From the human T2T-CHM13v2.0 reference genome, Homo sapiens, in NCBI RefSeq assembly GCF_009914755.1, contig NC_060935.1: 64,000 nucleotides of DNA; one strand, given 5' to 3'. Below are positions 1 to 15,177 of the stretch, piece by piece (positions within the stretch are counted from its first letter, which is position 1; the number at the start of each line of letters is the position of its first letter). The notes beneath the pieces are model-generated. The model was not told the origin of the DNA and did no database searches. It saw only the letters and a list, made by a program, of their open reading frames with translations. A program made the translations under genes and the position numbers.

Positions 1-1457
<1,457 letters not shown>

Positions 1458-4400
1458 GAGTCCATAAGAAGTTCTTTCACAAAATGTTTCCTTAAAGGGA
1501 AAAGGATGGTGGAGTTTGAAATAGTTAAGCATAGCACTATCATTTTTGCTTTTTATGTCACTTCCTTCCCCATGTCCTGCTTAATCCTTTCTCCCCAAAT
1601 GCAAACTTAAATGAACACCGAAATTTCCTTTTTATTGTACTTCTCACATTTCTTATCTCTTCCCATCCACATGGAATAAAAATAACTTTGTTTACTTCAG
1701 CACCCTGAAGAGCACAGCCAGTTTACTACTCTGATGTTCCAGGTCAGATTTAAATCTTCTAGTTACTCTCCTCTTCCTAAATTCTGTTATTCAGTGTGAA
1801 ATTTAAAACTTACTAATGACTGTACACCAGAAATACAGCCTGGCATGAAGATGTGAATTACCATGAACCTCTTGGTCTTTCACACACCTTTCAAAGGAGA
1901 TTAACCATTGCTTCATAACTACTTTGTCAAAGCATCTTTTTATACATACACCAAATGCTAGTTAACAAACTATAAAAAACAAGCGATCTGTAATAATTTT
2001 TATAGCCATTGAAATGTAGTTGTGTACCATTGCCTGAGCCTGCCTTTTAGCTGATTAACAAATACAGTGAATTTAACTTTGTAGATTCTTAACATTTAAA
2101 GACAACAGTCTAAGGCAATTTAAAGTATATTCTGCCAATCAGTTGTTGAGTTAGACCACCCATAGCCTTTTTTTATTCTTCATTGTTTGAATAATATGGG
2201 AGGAAATTTAGTGTATACTCTCTTCTTCCTGTATTTTCCAGTTAGATTAAGCTGTTGTCTTCACAATTGCCTCCCAGCTGCTGTGACTTGTGAAAACAAC
2301 AGACCCTGCTCTGTTGTCTGGAGAAAGCCGGGATTGTTATGAGTAACTTTATTGCAGGCACATGAGTGTGTTAAGACTTTAAAACACGCTCAAATGTCAT
2401 GTGCACACCCAATGACGGGCAAGAATAATTATGAAAAAACAAGAAATCTATGTCTATGAAACCGTGTTGGACAAAATGGGCCATTCATTGTGTTCCCCTG
2501 GGAATGCCTGGACTCTGCAGTCAGAAAACAAAAAAGGCACTTTTTTCCTGCCGTAGGCTGAATGCTTAGCTTTGCCATCTGAGCCCTAAGAAAACATGGG
2601 CCCCTCTACTGCTGGCGCACCCACGCACACTAAAAAATATTAATGCCTCTCTCTCCTTACTTTTTTCCAGGCATTCCCTCGTGTAGGCTGTAGCCAATAT
2701 AATGTCAACACAAAGACAAAATAGTTTATCTAACATCAGTCCCCCACAATTTCCCTCTTGTCCTCAATTAATTGCCCTTCCCCCAACATTAAGAAGAAAA
2801 AAAAAGATAACCTTTACTCCAGTGGAAAACTTGTTTCTGGCACAGATTTTAACTGCAGCAATAATCCCTTCTGTACTTTTACATAGTTTTACCAAATACT
2901 ATGTAAGCATACTCATTTGTCTCCACGTTGTTTCTTCTTCCTTCAAGACTTCTGAAAGTCATTTTGTTGGTTAAAGTTTGTCAGCTCCCTCTCAAAAATG
3001 CCCCTTCTCAAAGTTAACTACCACGTGTCCTTCTTGTCAATGTGTGCAAGTATACTACACAAATGGAATGACAAATGAAACTCCAAATCATTTCAGCCCA
3101 AACACATTTTTTAATATACAAATTACACTGAAAGTTCAAGGTTTCTAAGCTTTATTGCAATTTTCAAGGGCAGTTATTTTATGTTAAACCATAGGTAAGT
3201 TATTTGCTGATTTTCCTAGAGAGATATATTGCACTTTGACGGCCTACTGTAGGCTCTACAGTAATTTCCTTGGCAGCTGAACCAGCAGAAAAAAAAATAT
3301 GCAATAAACAGATTTCCAAAACAGTAAGCTTTTGCCCAGGATCTTTAATCTTGACCCTTTTCAGTACATTCCAGGAAGAAAACACAGGGAGAATATGTGC
3401 TTCATTATAAAGTAGGGAAATAGGAGTCTGATAGGTCATTAAAGACCATAAATTCCTATTTCATCTTCCTTTCCAGAGCTCAGTTCATTGCACTTTTATT
3501 CCCGTCCAGCAACCACAGACTTCAGAACCTGCTAGGGACAAAACTGGAAAAGGGAAAACACTTCTTTGGTTGTTTTTTGAAAAATTAGCTATAGAATACT
3601 TATGTCAATTCCTTTGACTAGAATAAGGATTTTAAAACTCATCAAGTTTAAATATGTTCTTCATCTTTAGCTAATGAGCAAGTGACTTAGAAAGGCAACA
3701 GCTGGAGAAGTGAGATACAAATTTTGTCTGACAATAAAATGTGGTTATCTTTTATTTAGCTAACTGGTGTTAATGACCCAGTAGCAGCCAATGCCAAAAA
3801 GAGGCAATTGTGGGTACATGTACACATACCAGCAGAAACCAGGATCTTTTAGTCAACCAACTGGTTGTTTTGACTACACCACTCCCAAAGCAATTGATTT
3901 GACTGAATTAAACAATTGGGTTTGAATCTATGATTAAATTAGGGAGTTTGGAAGCATTTTAGAGATTGAGATTATCTAGTTACTTAATTCTAGGCCAGTT
4001 CATTCATTCTGTAACATAAGTATATTGAGGCTAGAGATACGGAGACAAAGATAACTCAAGTAGTGTCAAAATCAGTGTGTGGATGCTGTCAGAGACATAA
4101 AATAACAATATTGATTACAGAAGTGAGTTAGAGGTGGCATTAATTACATAGGTAAAAAAGGTTACATTTCTCTAAGTTGGGAAGAACTACTTTTATAAGT
4201 AACCACTATTCAGAAGGAGACAAATCTTCCAGGCCAAAATGTAAACCCAGAGTTCTTTTCAAACATTTTAGCACAAATAGAAATGGCCCTGGACAAGCTA
4301 GCAGAGCCCACATGAGACTACTTCACAGAAGCCACTTTGGGATGGGACGGTCATGAATAACACTTCTACATCTTTCTCTCAAACATGGAGTTGATTTCAG

Positions 4401-5049
4401 GAAGTTTTCTTGTCCACGCAGCCTAAACAAGATTTCTTCCCTCCCCTGGATCCTAAAACCTATAAACAAATGAAACTCACACTGAAGGAATATTGAGCAA
4501 GGAGTCTAGAACTAGTTCTGTCTCTCGGGCTGAAAGATGATGTACTTACAACATAGCCAGCCATCAGACCAGCCACAGATTTGTTTTAACAATTCAACAA
4601 CATCACCATTCCTCATTCACCCACTTAGCTTAATTTTCCTAGCATCACTTTCACTGCTGAGGTTGTCTCTATTAAGCCATTTTTTTGCATCATTAACTTT
4701 TAACCAGGCATCGATAGCTTTATTGTTTAAATTGTGTATGACTTTATTTAACGTCAGCATTTCTTCTAGCTCCTGACAAGAAGTCACATTTTATAACTAA
4801 TTAAATTGATCCCTGGGAAGCAAAAGCCACTAAATGAAATTATTCGTACCCAAGTGTCAATATATTAAATCAAAGGGCTAATGAGTTGGGTCACTGCTTC
4901 TTTTATTGGGAGGCTACAGCAGAATAAGACTCATATTATCCTCTATTTTCTGCTTTAACAATCAATTTTATTTAAACCAAAGGCAGCCAATTAATACTTT
5001 TGGATTTTACAGTAAATAATACCTCTTTTATAACATACAAATGGGAAAT

Positions 5050-5560
5050 GGAAAATTTTCTTTGACATATGCAATATATTTTTCACATTTTTTTAATGAC
5101 ATTGGGTCACAGAAACATCTAAGATGATTTAAAAGGTGTTTTGCAAGCAAACGATTTTGAGAAGTTCTAGGTTTCAAGTATTAGCATTACGGGTGTAAAT
5201 CAGGATGAAAATTTGCCTCTCAGAGCTGACAATAGTGCGTAACGAAAGTGATTAAGAAATGACTGAATTTGTCATGTCAGCTTTTCCGATCGCTCTTGCA
5301 GCTGCTGAGTAATACTTTGAATTCACTATTTACATTTGGACACTATTAAAATTCATCACCTAATAGTTCATACCATTCACTGTCTTTGACATAACTTAGC
5401 TTCTTTTGACACAATCCCTGCAGACACCATTTTTCTGTTGCTGTTAATTTCATCAACCCAATTCATCCACAGAGAAAATTTCATGTCAAATTATTTGTTC
5501 CTGTAAATTTTACATTTTGTTTGGGAGAGTTTCACCCCATAATTTATTGCTTCAGTATTT
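5050..5560. promoter_or_regulatory. Candidate intronic enhancer / conserved non-coding element
   Basis: No recognisable repeat, locally retained CpGs, 8 TGACA/TGTCA motifs. No conservation data available. Confidence 0.45.
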
Positions 5561-6702
5561 GGGAAAGAAAAAATCCTCATAAAATCAGATATGGAATCTC
5601 TTACATCTGCAAAAACACAAACAATATGGTCTATAAATCATGACTATAGTAAAATTACATTAAAAACTATGGCAAGCTGAAAAATTCAGTTCTATAAAAT
5701 TAGGCCCAGTGGCAGTTATCTCCTGACAGTGAGGAAACCACCTCTAGGAAACACTGTACTAAAGTAAAAATTAAAATGAAGGTACAAAGAACACATACAT
5801 AACCAACTGCAACTGCTAAATAACAAATTCAAGCAATGCCTTAATTTTGGTATGAGAACTTTATTTTGTATATCTGGCAATTAGTCAAAATAACAACAGT
5901 TAAAGACAGCCTTGAAATACTTTGGGTTGAATTAATATTATTTATGACATAATAAGTTGTCTAAAGTCAATTTTTGTCTCTAATACTTAACTTTGTTGAT
6001 TTACCACCAGGATCAAATACATCATAGGGAACACCACAGATGTTTTTGACAAAAACATGTTCTTTCACCCACACAGTTTGCTTTTTCAAACATTGAATTA
6101 GGGTTTCTTTCTTTGTAGACACAGTGGTTCTTTTTTAAAACAACCTTAAATAGTCACTTTTATCCATTTATAGATGTGTATGCTTTGGAGGTCAAGCATA
6201 TGCTGTTGTTTCTCACCACAAATGTTTTCCTTCATTTTCAATGGTCAAAAGTCACAGGCGTGTTTGACCCCACCCACAGACAGCTCTGTTCAGTATCTGG
6301 AGAACCCAAATCTGGCTGGAGATCACTGAAACCCAGATGCTCACTTCACAAACAAATATAAAGGTATCCCAAAACAGACCAATGGAATTTGACACTGGAC
6401 TATCAATAAGTTACAAAAACAAAACAAAATACAAATTACTATTTTCTCTGGAATGTATGTATAATTAAAGCCAGAGAACACCCTTTACCATTAATACAGG
6501 CTACTGATCTGAACTACCATGCCAAGATGGTCTTGATAAACACATTCTGTTATATAATAGTGACTGAATTAACTAACAGATATTACATTTCCCTCTACTT
6601 CCTAGCTTCATGTTTTTAGACACACACACAGAGAGACTCACATACATTCTCAAAAATAGCTTTGATATCTCAAAGATATCAGAAATGATATATTAGAATT
6701 AC

Positions 6703-7306
<604 letters not shown>

Positions 7307-9114
7307 TGATAGTTGTCCCAAATTTGTTTGGCGATATGTCATCCTACAAAGCAGTATTGCACAGGGATATGTAGAGTAAGTTTTACTAAGCCTATCAAAA
7401 ACAGGGTTAACTACCTCTGATAGGACTGGTTAGACAAATAAATAAAAGATCTCTTCCAGTTACCTCCTAAAATACAATAAAAACCCATACCACTCACTAA
7501 GCACAATATGAGCAACTGAACACATAAGACTGAAACCCACTGGGGTCCAACAGACTCAACCTATCTCTTTGTGTCTCAGAGTATAATTGGCAGTAATGAC
7601 CATCGAACTCTGGTCTCCCTGCCCAAAACCATGCTTACAACTTCCAGTTGCCACTTCTGCCGAAATGCCCACAGAAGTGAATAGACTAGTGAGACAGATA
7701 TGTGATCTCAAACTCAAGTTTTCCAGCTTACACACTATTGATAAAATACTGAGGAAAATCTAAGCATTTTTAAAAGTCAAAAATAAAAAAAAAATCCAAA
7801 TTGAGATATAATGAAGTTTAACTTCTTTTCTCTGGAGAGTACCACACAATCTTATTAATTAATCCTAAACCAAGCATAATTCTAAGTTCTACTTTTCTGA
7901 AAACAAAACCCATGGCTTTGGGTAATGCTGCCTGATAATAAAAAGGAATATAAAAGTGAAGTAAGATGGCAATTTATTCCTCCCAGCTCAAATCACATTC
8001 CTGTCTTCATTACAGTGGCTGGATACCACCAAAAGCTTTATTACCTGTTTCCTATGTTTTGACGTTGGACAAATGCAAGTCATAGCAAAGATAGCCTGAG
8101 GCCAACAATGAAGATACCTTACATATCTTAATATTATCAAGGAACTATGCCGTAATCAGGATCCTAACTAGAGTTTGTAAATACATGAAAAAAAAGTAAG
8201 AAGCACAATTGGACAGTGTAAAGGGAAAAATAAATGGAGGAAACATTTGCTAACAATCATTACAATAGAATAATAACCCCCCTAATTAACATGCTGCGAC
8301 AAATTACAGAAATCTATTTTTTATGTAATTTTTCCTTTACGCCACTTATCCCTGTGCAGTATTCTTTTTACCATATTAAAACTCCTTATTTTAAATTGTA
8401 TGGAACCTACAGAAATCAGCTATTGATGCTTCTTTCTGCTCTATTGTGCTCCCATTTTGCCTTTTAAGTGACTCCTCTTCAACCCTCAGCCAGATCTTTT
8501 CTAATCACCTGTCTCCGAATTAAATTAAGTACAGTGGTCTTCTGAATCATTCAACCAGTCTAACTGATTTTTTAAAGCCGTTTAATATTTGCTTACAAAA
8601 AAAAATGCAACTTTTTGTCTTTACATAAAGACAAAATAAGAATTATTGTAATATACACATCAAAGTTTCCTGTTTCTATTTCCCCAAGTATAACTTTGTA
8701 CAAACAACCACAGACTAGCACACAGGCATCTATCTACCTTGATAAATTTGCACCTTGAGTTTGTAACCAGGCATTTCCTGGGCAACCAGTCCTTCAGGGA
8801 GTGTTCAAATATTTGTAGTGGGGCAGTTTGGGCTGCACATATTTTAGTTCTTATTCATGCATTCCTCATTTACAAGTCGTGAACCTGGTAAATTTCCGGT
8901 TTTAAGACTATCGCTCCTTCTTTTCTGTAGGTGGTCCTTGAACTACCCTCTTTGCTTAACTGTGGAGTGTGGGTCAGACTGATTGTCAGAAAAAAAAAAA
9001 AAGTTTTCTTTTTCTTTAGAAATTATTTCCCAGGCCACTCTATCTCTATGTTCAAATTCCCAACTTGGCAAATGAGTCTACAGGTTTTTCAATCAAAACC
9101 TCTGCTCTGAAAGA

Positions 9115-9590
9115 TACATCACATAGTGGTTAGGATCCAGGGCTCTAGATTCTCATAGAAAGAGAGGCAGCAGAGTGTAGTGGTTAAGAGCACACATCCT
9201 AGAGCCAGACTAAGTCTGAATTCGAGGTCTTCCACTTATTAACTGTATGACCTTGGACAAATTATTTAACCTCTCCATGCTTCACTTTTGTGATCTATAA
9301 AAGGGAATAATATTACCTACCTCAATGGGCTATTGTAAGAATTCAATGGATTGAGGTATCTAGAGCCTTAGAATAGTGTCTAACATACAGTAAACACTAT
9401 ATAAGTGTTTTCTGTTAATTAGATTAGAATCTTGGCTAGGCTACTTATTGTGATGCCTTGGGCAAGTTGTTTAACCTCTGTTAAGCCTCCATTTTCTCAG
9501 TGGCAAACAGTATTATTGTGTCAATTGAGTAATATAATACATAAGGCATGTATTACAGTATCTAGTACATAGTGAATCATTAGCTATTAT
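9115..9590 (+). mobile_element. MIR (approx. 9165-9410) nested in a second MIR
   Basis: MIR motifs gtgtagtggttaagagc, tgaccttggacaaattatttaacctctc and cttagaatagtgtct. A second MIR head lies at ~9120 and its body resumes at ~9425. Confidence 0.7.
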
Positions 9591-10249
9591 GTTAACACAT
9601 ACTTAGTGGCAGTCTAGTGTATCTTCCTCTTCCACAACATGCTTTTATTAAAGGTGAACTAGTTCCAAAGTCTCTATTGCTTTCCCATGCCATCAAATCT
9701 ACAATCTTTGTTCTAACCAAAGTTTCCAAATTTATTTCCCTTATTCACTAATAAAAACTCTACCATAGGACATCTTTTCATAGGCTATACACTCCAAGCT
9801 CGTTATCACATCTTCACTTTAATATTTACTCTCATATTGCCCTTCCCTTCTCCCTGAATATCCAAATCCCATCCAGTCTTTAAGACCAAAGTTCCAGAAA
9901 GTTCTTTAAAATTATCCCAATCTTGTATGCTTTTTGTTTCTCTGAGTTCAGTGTGTAAAGGGGACAGTTCCAGTGATTTAGATTGATGTCCTATCTCTCT
10001 CACTATGAAACTGTGTGGCCTAGAGCATGTCACTTTGCCTTCTGGTCACAGTTCCCTCAAATACAAAATGATTGGGTTTAAATAGATGATTTCTAAGAGC
10101 CCTATCACCACATCATTCTGAGACCTATTGCACTCATATTCACAGTGCAATGCTTATTATAGATGCTTAATAAATATCTCATGCTTGAACCTTCCAGAGC
10201 TGAACATATATGGATCAGTCTGTGGGTCCCTTTGCTACTGCCTCTCCTT

Positions 10250-10985
10250 CTTAATCTCCATCACATGTTCCCATTTCTCTATTACTCCACCCTTTAAATG
10301 TTAGTATTTCCGAAAATTCTGCTCTCTACCCTCTTCTCACTCTCATATTTCTAGGCAAACTCATTATTATCCACCTGATAATGATTCCTAAATCTGTATT
10401 TCTAACCCAGACTCCATTTCCAAGTTTCAAACTTATATATCCAACATCTGGTAGGTATATCTACCTGAATAATTCAGCATGTCAAAAATAAAACCCTTCT
10501 TCTCACCCAGTCCTCCAAACCTGATCATCATCCTGTATTTACATGATCTGTCCACCAATACATCTCTGACTTCACCACATACCACTTCCCCTTGCTCTTT
10601 CTACTCCATCTTTACTGGCCTCCTGGCTACACCTAAAACATGCCAAGCACACTCCCACTTCACATACTTTGTAATTCTGTTCCTTCTCCCTGGAATACTT
10701 TTTTTTACCCTAATATCCATGTCTCCTGCATTCAATTTATTCAAATCATTTACTCAAAAGGAGGCCTCTCTGAGCTCTATAAATGTGTAACTATCATCAC
10801 TCTATATTCTTACTTATCCTTAACCTATTTTTCTTCATAGAATTTATCACTACATGATATTTATCTATTTGTTTACAGTCTCTATCTTCCCAAACTTTGT
10901 CCATTTTGTTCCTTAGTGTATTATCACTGCTCACTGATAATGAGCAGTGATTTATCATTGGTAAATATTTGTGTAATTAAATAAA
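10250..10985 (+). mobile_element. L2 fragments including a 3' end
   Basis: L2-like tracts (ctcttctcactct...ctaggcaaactcatt, atatccaac, taaatatttgtg...). Boundaries approximate. Confidence 0.65.
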
Positions 10986-11039
10986 CACCTATCCTGTTGA
11001 ACAGAGGTGTCAACTGTGAACCAATGCAGAAATGTGGGA

Positions 11040-12090
11040 GTTTGCTTAAATTTCTTCTTAGCTAAATCCAATTAATCATGAATTCTATAGATTTATTTCC
11101 TCAACATCACACAAACCCATCTCCTCATCTCTATTCCTACTTATACCTCCTTAGCCGAGATTCTGTCATTTCTTCCCTTTTGGATTACTTCAATAGTACC
11201 TCAAATGTTCTCCTTGTCTCTACTTTTAGCCTCCTCTTTTGAGGGGGCTAATATCCAAATCCTATCCAGTCTTTAATATCCAATATCTGTATTTCTAACT
11301 CAGACTCAATTTACAAGTTTCAAACCTATATATCCAACATCTAGTAAGTATATCTACCTGGATAATTCAGCATGTCAAAAATAAAACCCTTCACCTCACC
11401 CAGTCCTCCAAACCTGATTATCATCCTGTATTTACATGTTCTGTCCCCCAGATTTGGTTAATCATTTGGTTAAATGATTCATCCAAGATCACATACCAAA
11501 TAGATATTCTCCACACTCTCATCAGAGTGATCTTTCTGAAAGGCAAATGTCATCCCATTCTCTTGCTTATATCCTTTAAACTATTGTTCTTAATTGGTCA
11601 TAAAAGGTCCTTCAATATCTGGTGCATAGCTATACTCTAGCTTCATTTTGCCACACTTGTACTTGTTCACTTCATTCCAGCCTTACTGAGAAATGAATTT
11701 ATTTGTAGTTCCCTAACATGCAATGTTCTTCATCTCTATGAATCTTTGTTCAGACTCTTCTCTCTGCCTGGACACCTTCCATCCTGGTTCACATTCCTTC
11801 TCCTACTTCAAAATTCAGATTCATATCAAATGTCACTTCTTTGAGCAAGCCTCCCTTACTCTATCAATTGGGATTAAATGCTCTTCCTCTGCACTTCTAT
11901 GGCAGTCAGTGAATATATCTACCATAACACTTAGCACATTATATTGTTGCCATTTACTAGACTGTGAGCTTCCAAAGATAAGTAATTTATCTTTCTTTTT
12001 TTATTCTTGTTTCCAGCATAGTACCCAAAGACTAGTAGAAATTTAATAAGAAAACTTTATTAAACTCATTCAATTCAAAAATTGTTGAGT
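11040..12090 (+). mobile_element. L2 3' fragment interrupted by the mosaic insertion at 11237-11506
   Basis: L2 motifs ggattacttcaatag...; ttctccacac...cagagtgatctttctgaaa; ctagactgtgagcttcc. Confidence 0.7.
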
Positions 12091-12719
12091 TAATCTCTAT
12101 GCTGAAATTAAACACATCTCTTCATTCTTGGATACTTTCAATGCATCTAGACACTGTGCCACCAGCTCCTCTCAAATCCCCCCTTAGTTCCTTCCAATTT
12201 CTGTACCTTCTCAAAGCTAGTATTTCCAAAAGCCATCATACTCCTTGGTGTATATATTATGTTCTTGTGGCTTTCGTAGGGTATGACTCCCAGGTACAAC
12301 TTGTTCTCTTCTGTTCAAAATGAAACTGATGCCAAAATGCAACAACAACAATTAGTGAATCTCATTAATAGATTTCTTTTCCCACATCTCCCAAGAGTCC
12401 ACTTATCTTTATCTCAACTGTAATTTATATATAAAAATCATATGATAAATGTCCTGTTTCTTCATATTATTGGTAACACAAATGATGACTAAATGTGTAT
12501 GCACATGAATATGTGTGGAGAGGGGGCACCCAGGCAAAATGAAGAAATTGTAGGCAAGGCTTCCAGGAGTAATAAAAAAATTCCTCTTATCTGCTTGTGG
12601 CTTTCCTGGGTGTTCTTTTAGGAATTCAGAAAAAAGATCTTGGTGAATGTGATATGGGAATTGATATAAAATTTTGCTCTATGTGAACTGACTCATCATT
12701 ATTATTATGACTACACACT

Positions 12720-12801
12720 TTTTCAATTTATATTTGCCAAAGTATTTCTCTACACATTAACTCTAATAATTCTTGCATTAGTCCTATGTGCTTGAAGTTA
12801 C

Positions 12802-12837
<36 letters not shown>

Positions 12838-12935
12838 CTGTGTGTTTGTTATCTTTTTACAGAAAAGTCTCACAAAGGTTAAATGATTCATCCAAGATCA
12901 CATGCCAAATAGATAGCAGAGCCAGACTTTGAAAT
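12720..12935 (-). mobile_element. MIR carrying a (TG)n microsatellite at 12804-12845
   Basis: aaaggttaaatgattcatccaagatcacat...agcagagccag is the reverse MIR core; a run of about 16 TG units lies inside it. Confidence 0.65.
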
Positions 12936-14024
12936 TATTATTTTCACCATTTTCCATCTCCTTTCTTTGCAGGAGAAAGACAATGCAAATAGTCCCAATA
13001 AGCTCACCTTATACCTAAATCATATCTACCAATGATACTACAGAAATAAACACTTTTAAGAGAATACTATCATCAAACTGTTTATTAGTTTTTCTGCTGT
13101 TAGCCAAAATTATCTAATATTAATTCCTTATCCAAAATGACTTAATGCTCCCAGCTGTGTTTAAATCCTCTTTTCCTATCCCCTCCTCTAACTTAGACAC
13201 AAATTAACACTAGCATGAGAACGCTAAAGATCAGTTCATTTGAGGATTCAAGACTTTAGGATAAATATTACTGTTTCTTATATTTCTTATCTTTTCTACC
13301 TACCTTATTTCTCAACATTTTCATACAGCTCTCCAAAACAGTTACGTGAAAATAAATTGGTGTTTAGTTTTAAAAAATACTTTGTTTCCTCCCTTTAATA
13401 TTTTTATTTGGCCTTATAGTATCAGTAGGTAATTTGACAGAGAAATATTAGATGATGTGAACTTGTGAACTGATAGAAAAAATAAGGTAAAAAGACCTTT
13501 ATGCAGTATTCTGAGTAATATAAAATCTAAAATATATACCTACAGATTTTAGTAACCTAATAACTATGCACACAACTTTGGAATCTTTTAAATTTTTGAC
13601 CAGGGGAATTTTGGGTTAAATTTAAAATGTAATAAAGTTTGTAACATACACATTTACTAATAAAATAGTCTCCATTCTATTGACATTTATTGGCTTGCAG
13701 AACAATCAGACTTTTGATAAGTCTGTTTCTACCTATAAAAATCTACTTAATGCAACAGAACATTAGGTAGGTGAAACTTCATTATTACCAAATGTATGTA
13801 AAGTGGCAGAATTTGGAGGACAAGTACTAAAACATGGAGCAAAATTTCTAAAGCAGATTTTTTCATAACAGTTCTGCCGTAGACAAAGTCATGGGGTGGG
13901 AAACTCGGAAAGGGGACTAACATACCAGAAATGCAGGCCTCAATGGTATTGGCAAGACCTGATAAAATTGCCTTAGCATAATACTAACATATTGCATTAA
14001 TGTAACGTACAAGGCTGCTGCAGA

Positions 14025-14420
14025 TGGGGTTCTCTAAAAGCTACAAGATAGGTTTACGGTTTAAGGTACAAGATATTTACTAGGGAACAACACTTGTAAA
14101 CAGGAAAGAGAAGAAGACAAGATTGGGCAGAGGAAGAAATTGAACTATAGTATTGGCCTAAGAATACTTCATCCAACTCAGCAGGAAGCCCTGAAGTCAG
14201 TGTCTAATTTCAAACCTGAAAGGCCCAAACTTCACATCCATGTCCTTCACTCAAATGGGAGAGCCTGGGAAGGATATGACCTGGGGTTAAGTGGCTCTCT
14301 GCAGCTCAGGCAAACTACAGGAGCTGACAGATGGAAGCTGTATGTTTTACAGTATTTCTGTGGCTGGGAAGCAAGTGCATCCTTAGTGATGTGTCTGGAT
14401 AACACATGCCCATATATACC
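14025..14420. mobile_element. Old ERVL-type LTR (LTR16-like)
   Basis: gggttctct...caagatatttactaggg...gattgggcagaggaagaaattgaact resembles the LTR16/LTR33 group as recalled; not verified. Confidence 0.4.
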
Positions 14421-14966
14421 ATAATGACTTATCTTAAATACCAGTTTGTGGCATTATGCTAAGTGTTGTAAAATTACTTTACGGGGTGGAGGCTAATGTG
14501 GTTTTTAACATGAAGGTGAAAAAATAATAATCCTTTATGTTAAAGCAGAGTAGTCTATAAGCCTGTCAAAGAACACAGAAAATACACTGTCAGAAATTAT
14601 GGATTGAGGATAAAATGTAATTTAAGAATGTTTCATTTTCTTAAACTAGATTCTGTTCAGACTTCTAAATTTTTCTTCTTTCCTGAAGCCTACAAAAGCA
14701 GCACAGTGAGCCCAGGGGGCTAATTATTTCTGACCATGAATGACTTTAAAATATTTCTAAGTTACTAAAACATTTTTGGAACTGAGCTCTCTTTTTAAAA
14801 TTCTTCAATTAATTCCAAATTCTCAAAAAAACTACAAGAAAGTTTTAAACTCTTGATCCAAAACCGATGATACTAGTTAAATAACATGCAGCCACTTTAG
14901 TTCAAGAATCAATGATTTAAATATTTGATTGCTTAGCTTTTTAATGTTTCTGTACTTTATCACACC

Positions 14967-15177
14967 CAGTTGAATGCTGGTAAATCAGCTTTCAAAAAAA
15001 AAGTGGGGGAGGGTGATATGGAGCATTTGCCAGTTTCCATGGTGTAAATGGTTGATTTCAATCCACCATGGTTGATTTCAACCTATAAACATGATGTCAC
15101 TGGACAAGAAGTTGGGAAAAGATACACACAGTTGGTTCTTATGAGCCAGTGTGAGTTGGCTCCAGCACAACATTAGT
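14967..15177. mobile_element. hAT-Blackjack DNA transposon fossil (MER63-like)
   Basis: Termini cagt..tgctggtaaat and ggctccagcacaacatta; internal catttgccagtttccatggtgtaaat. Confidence 0.55.
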
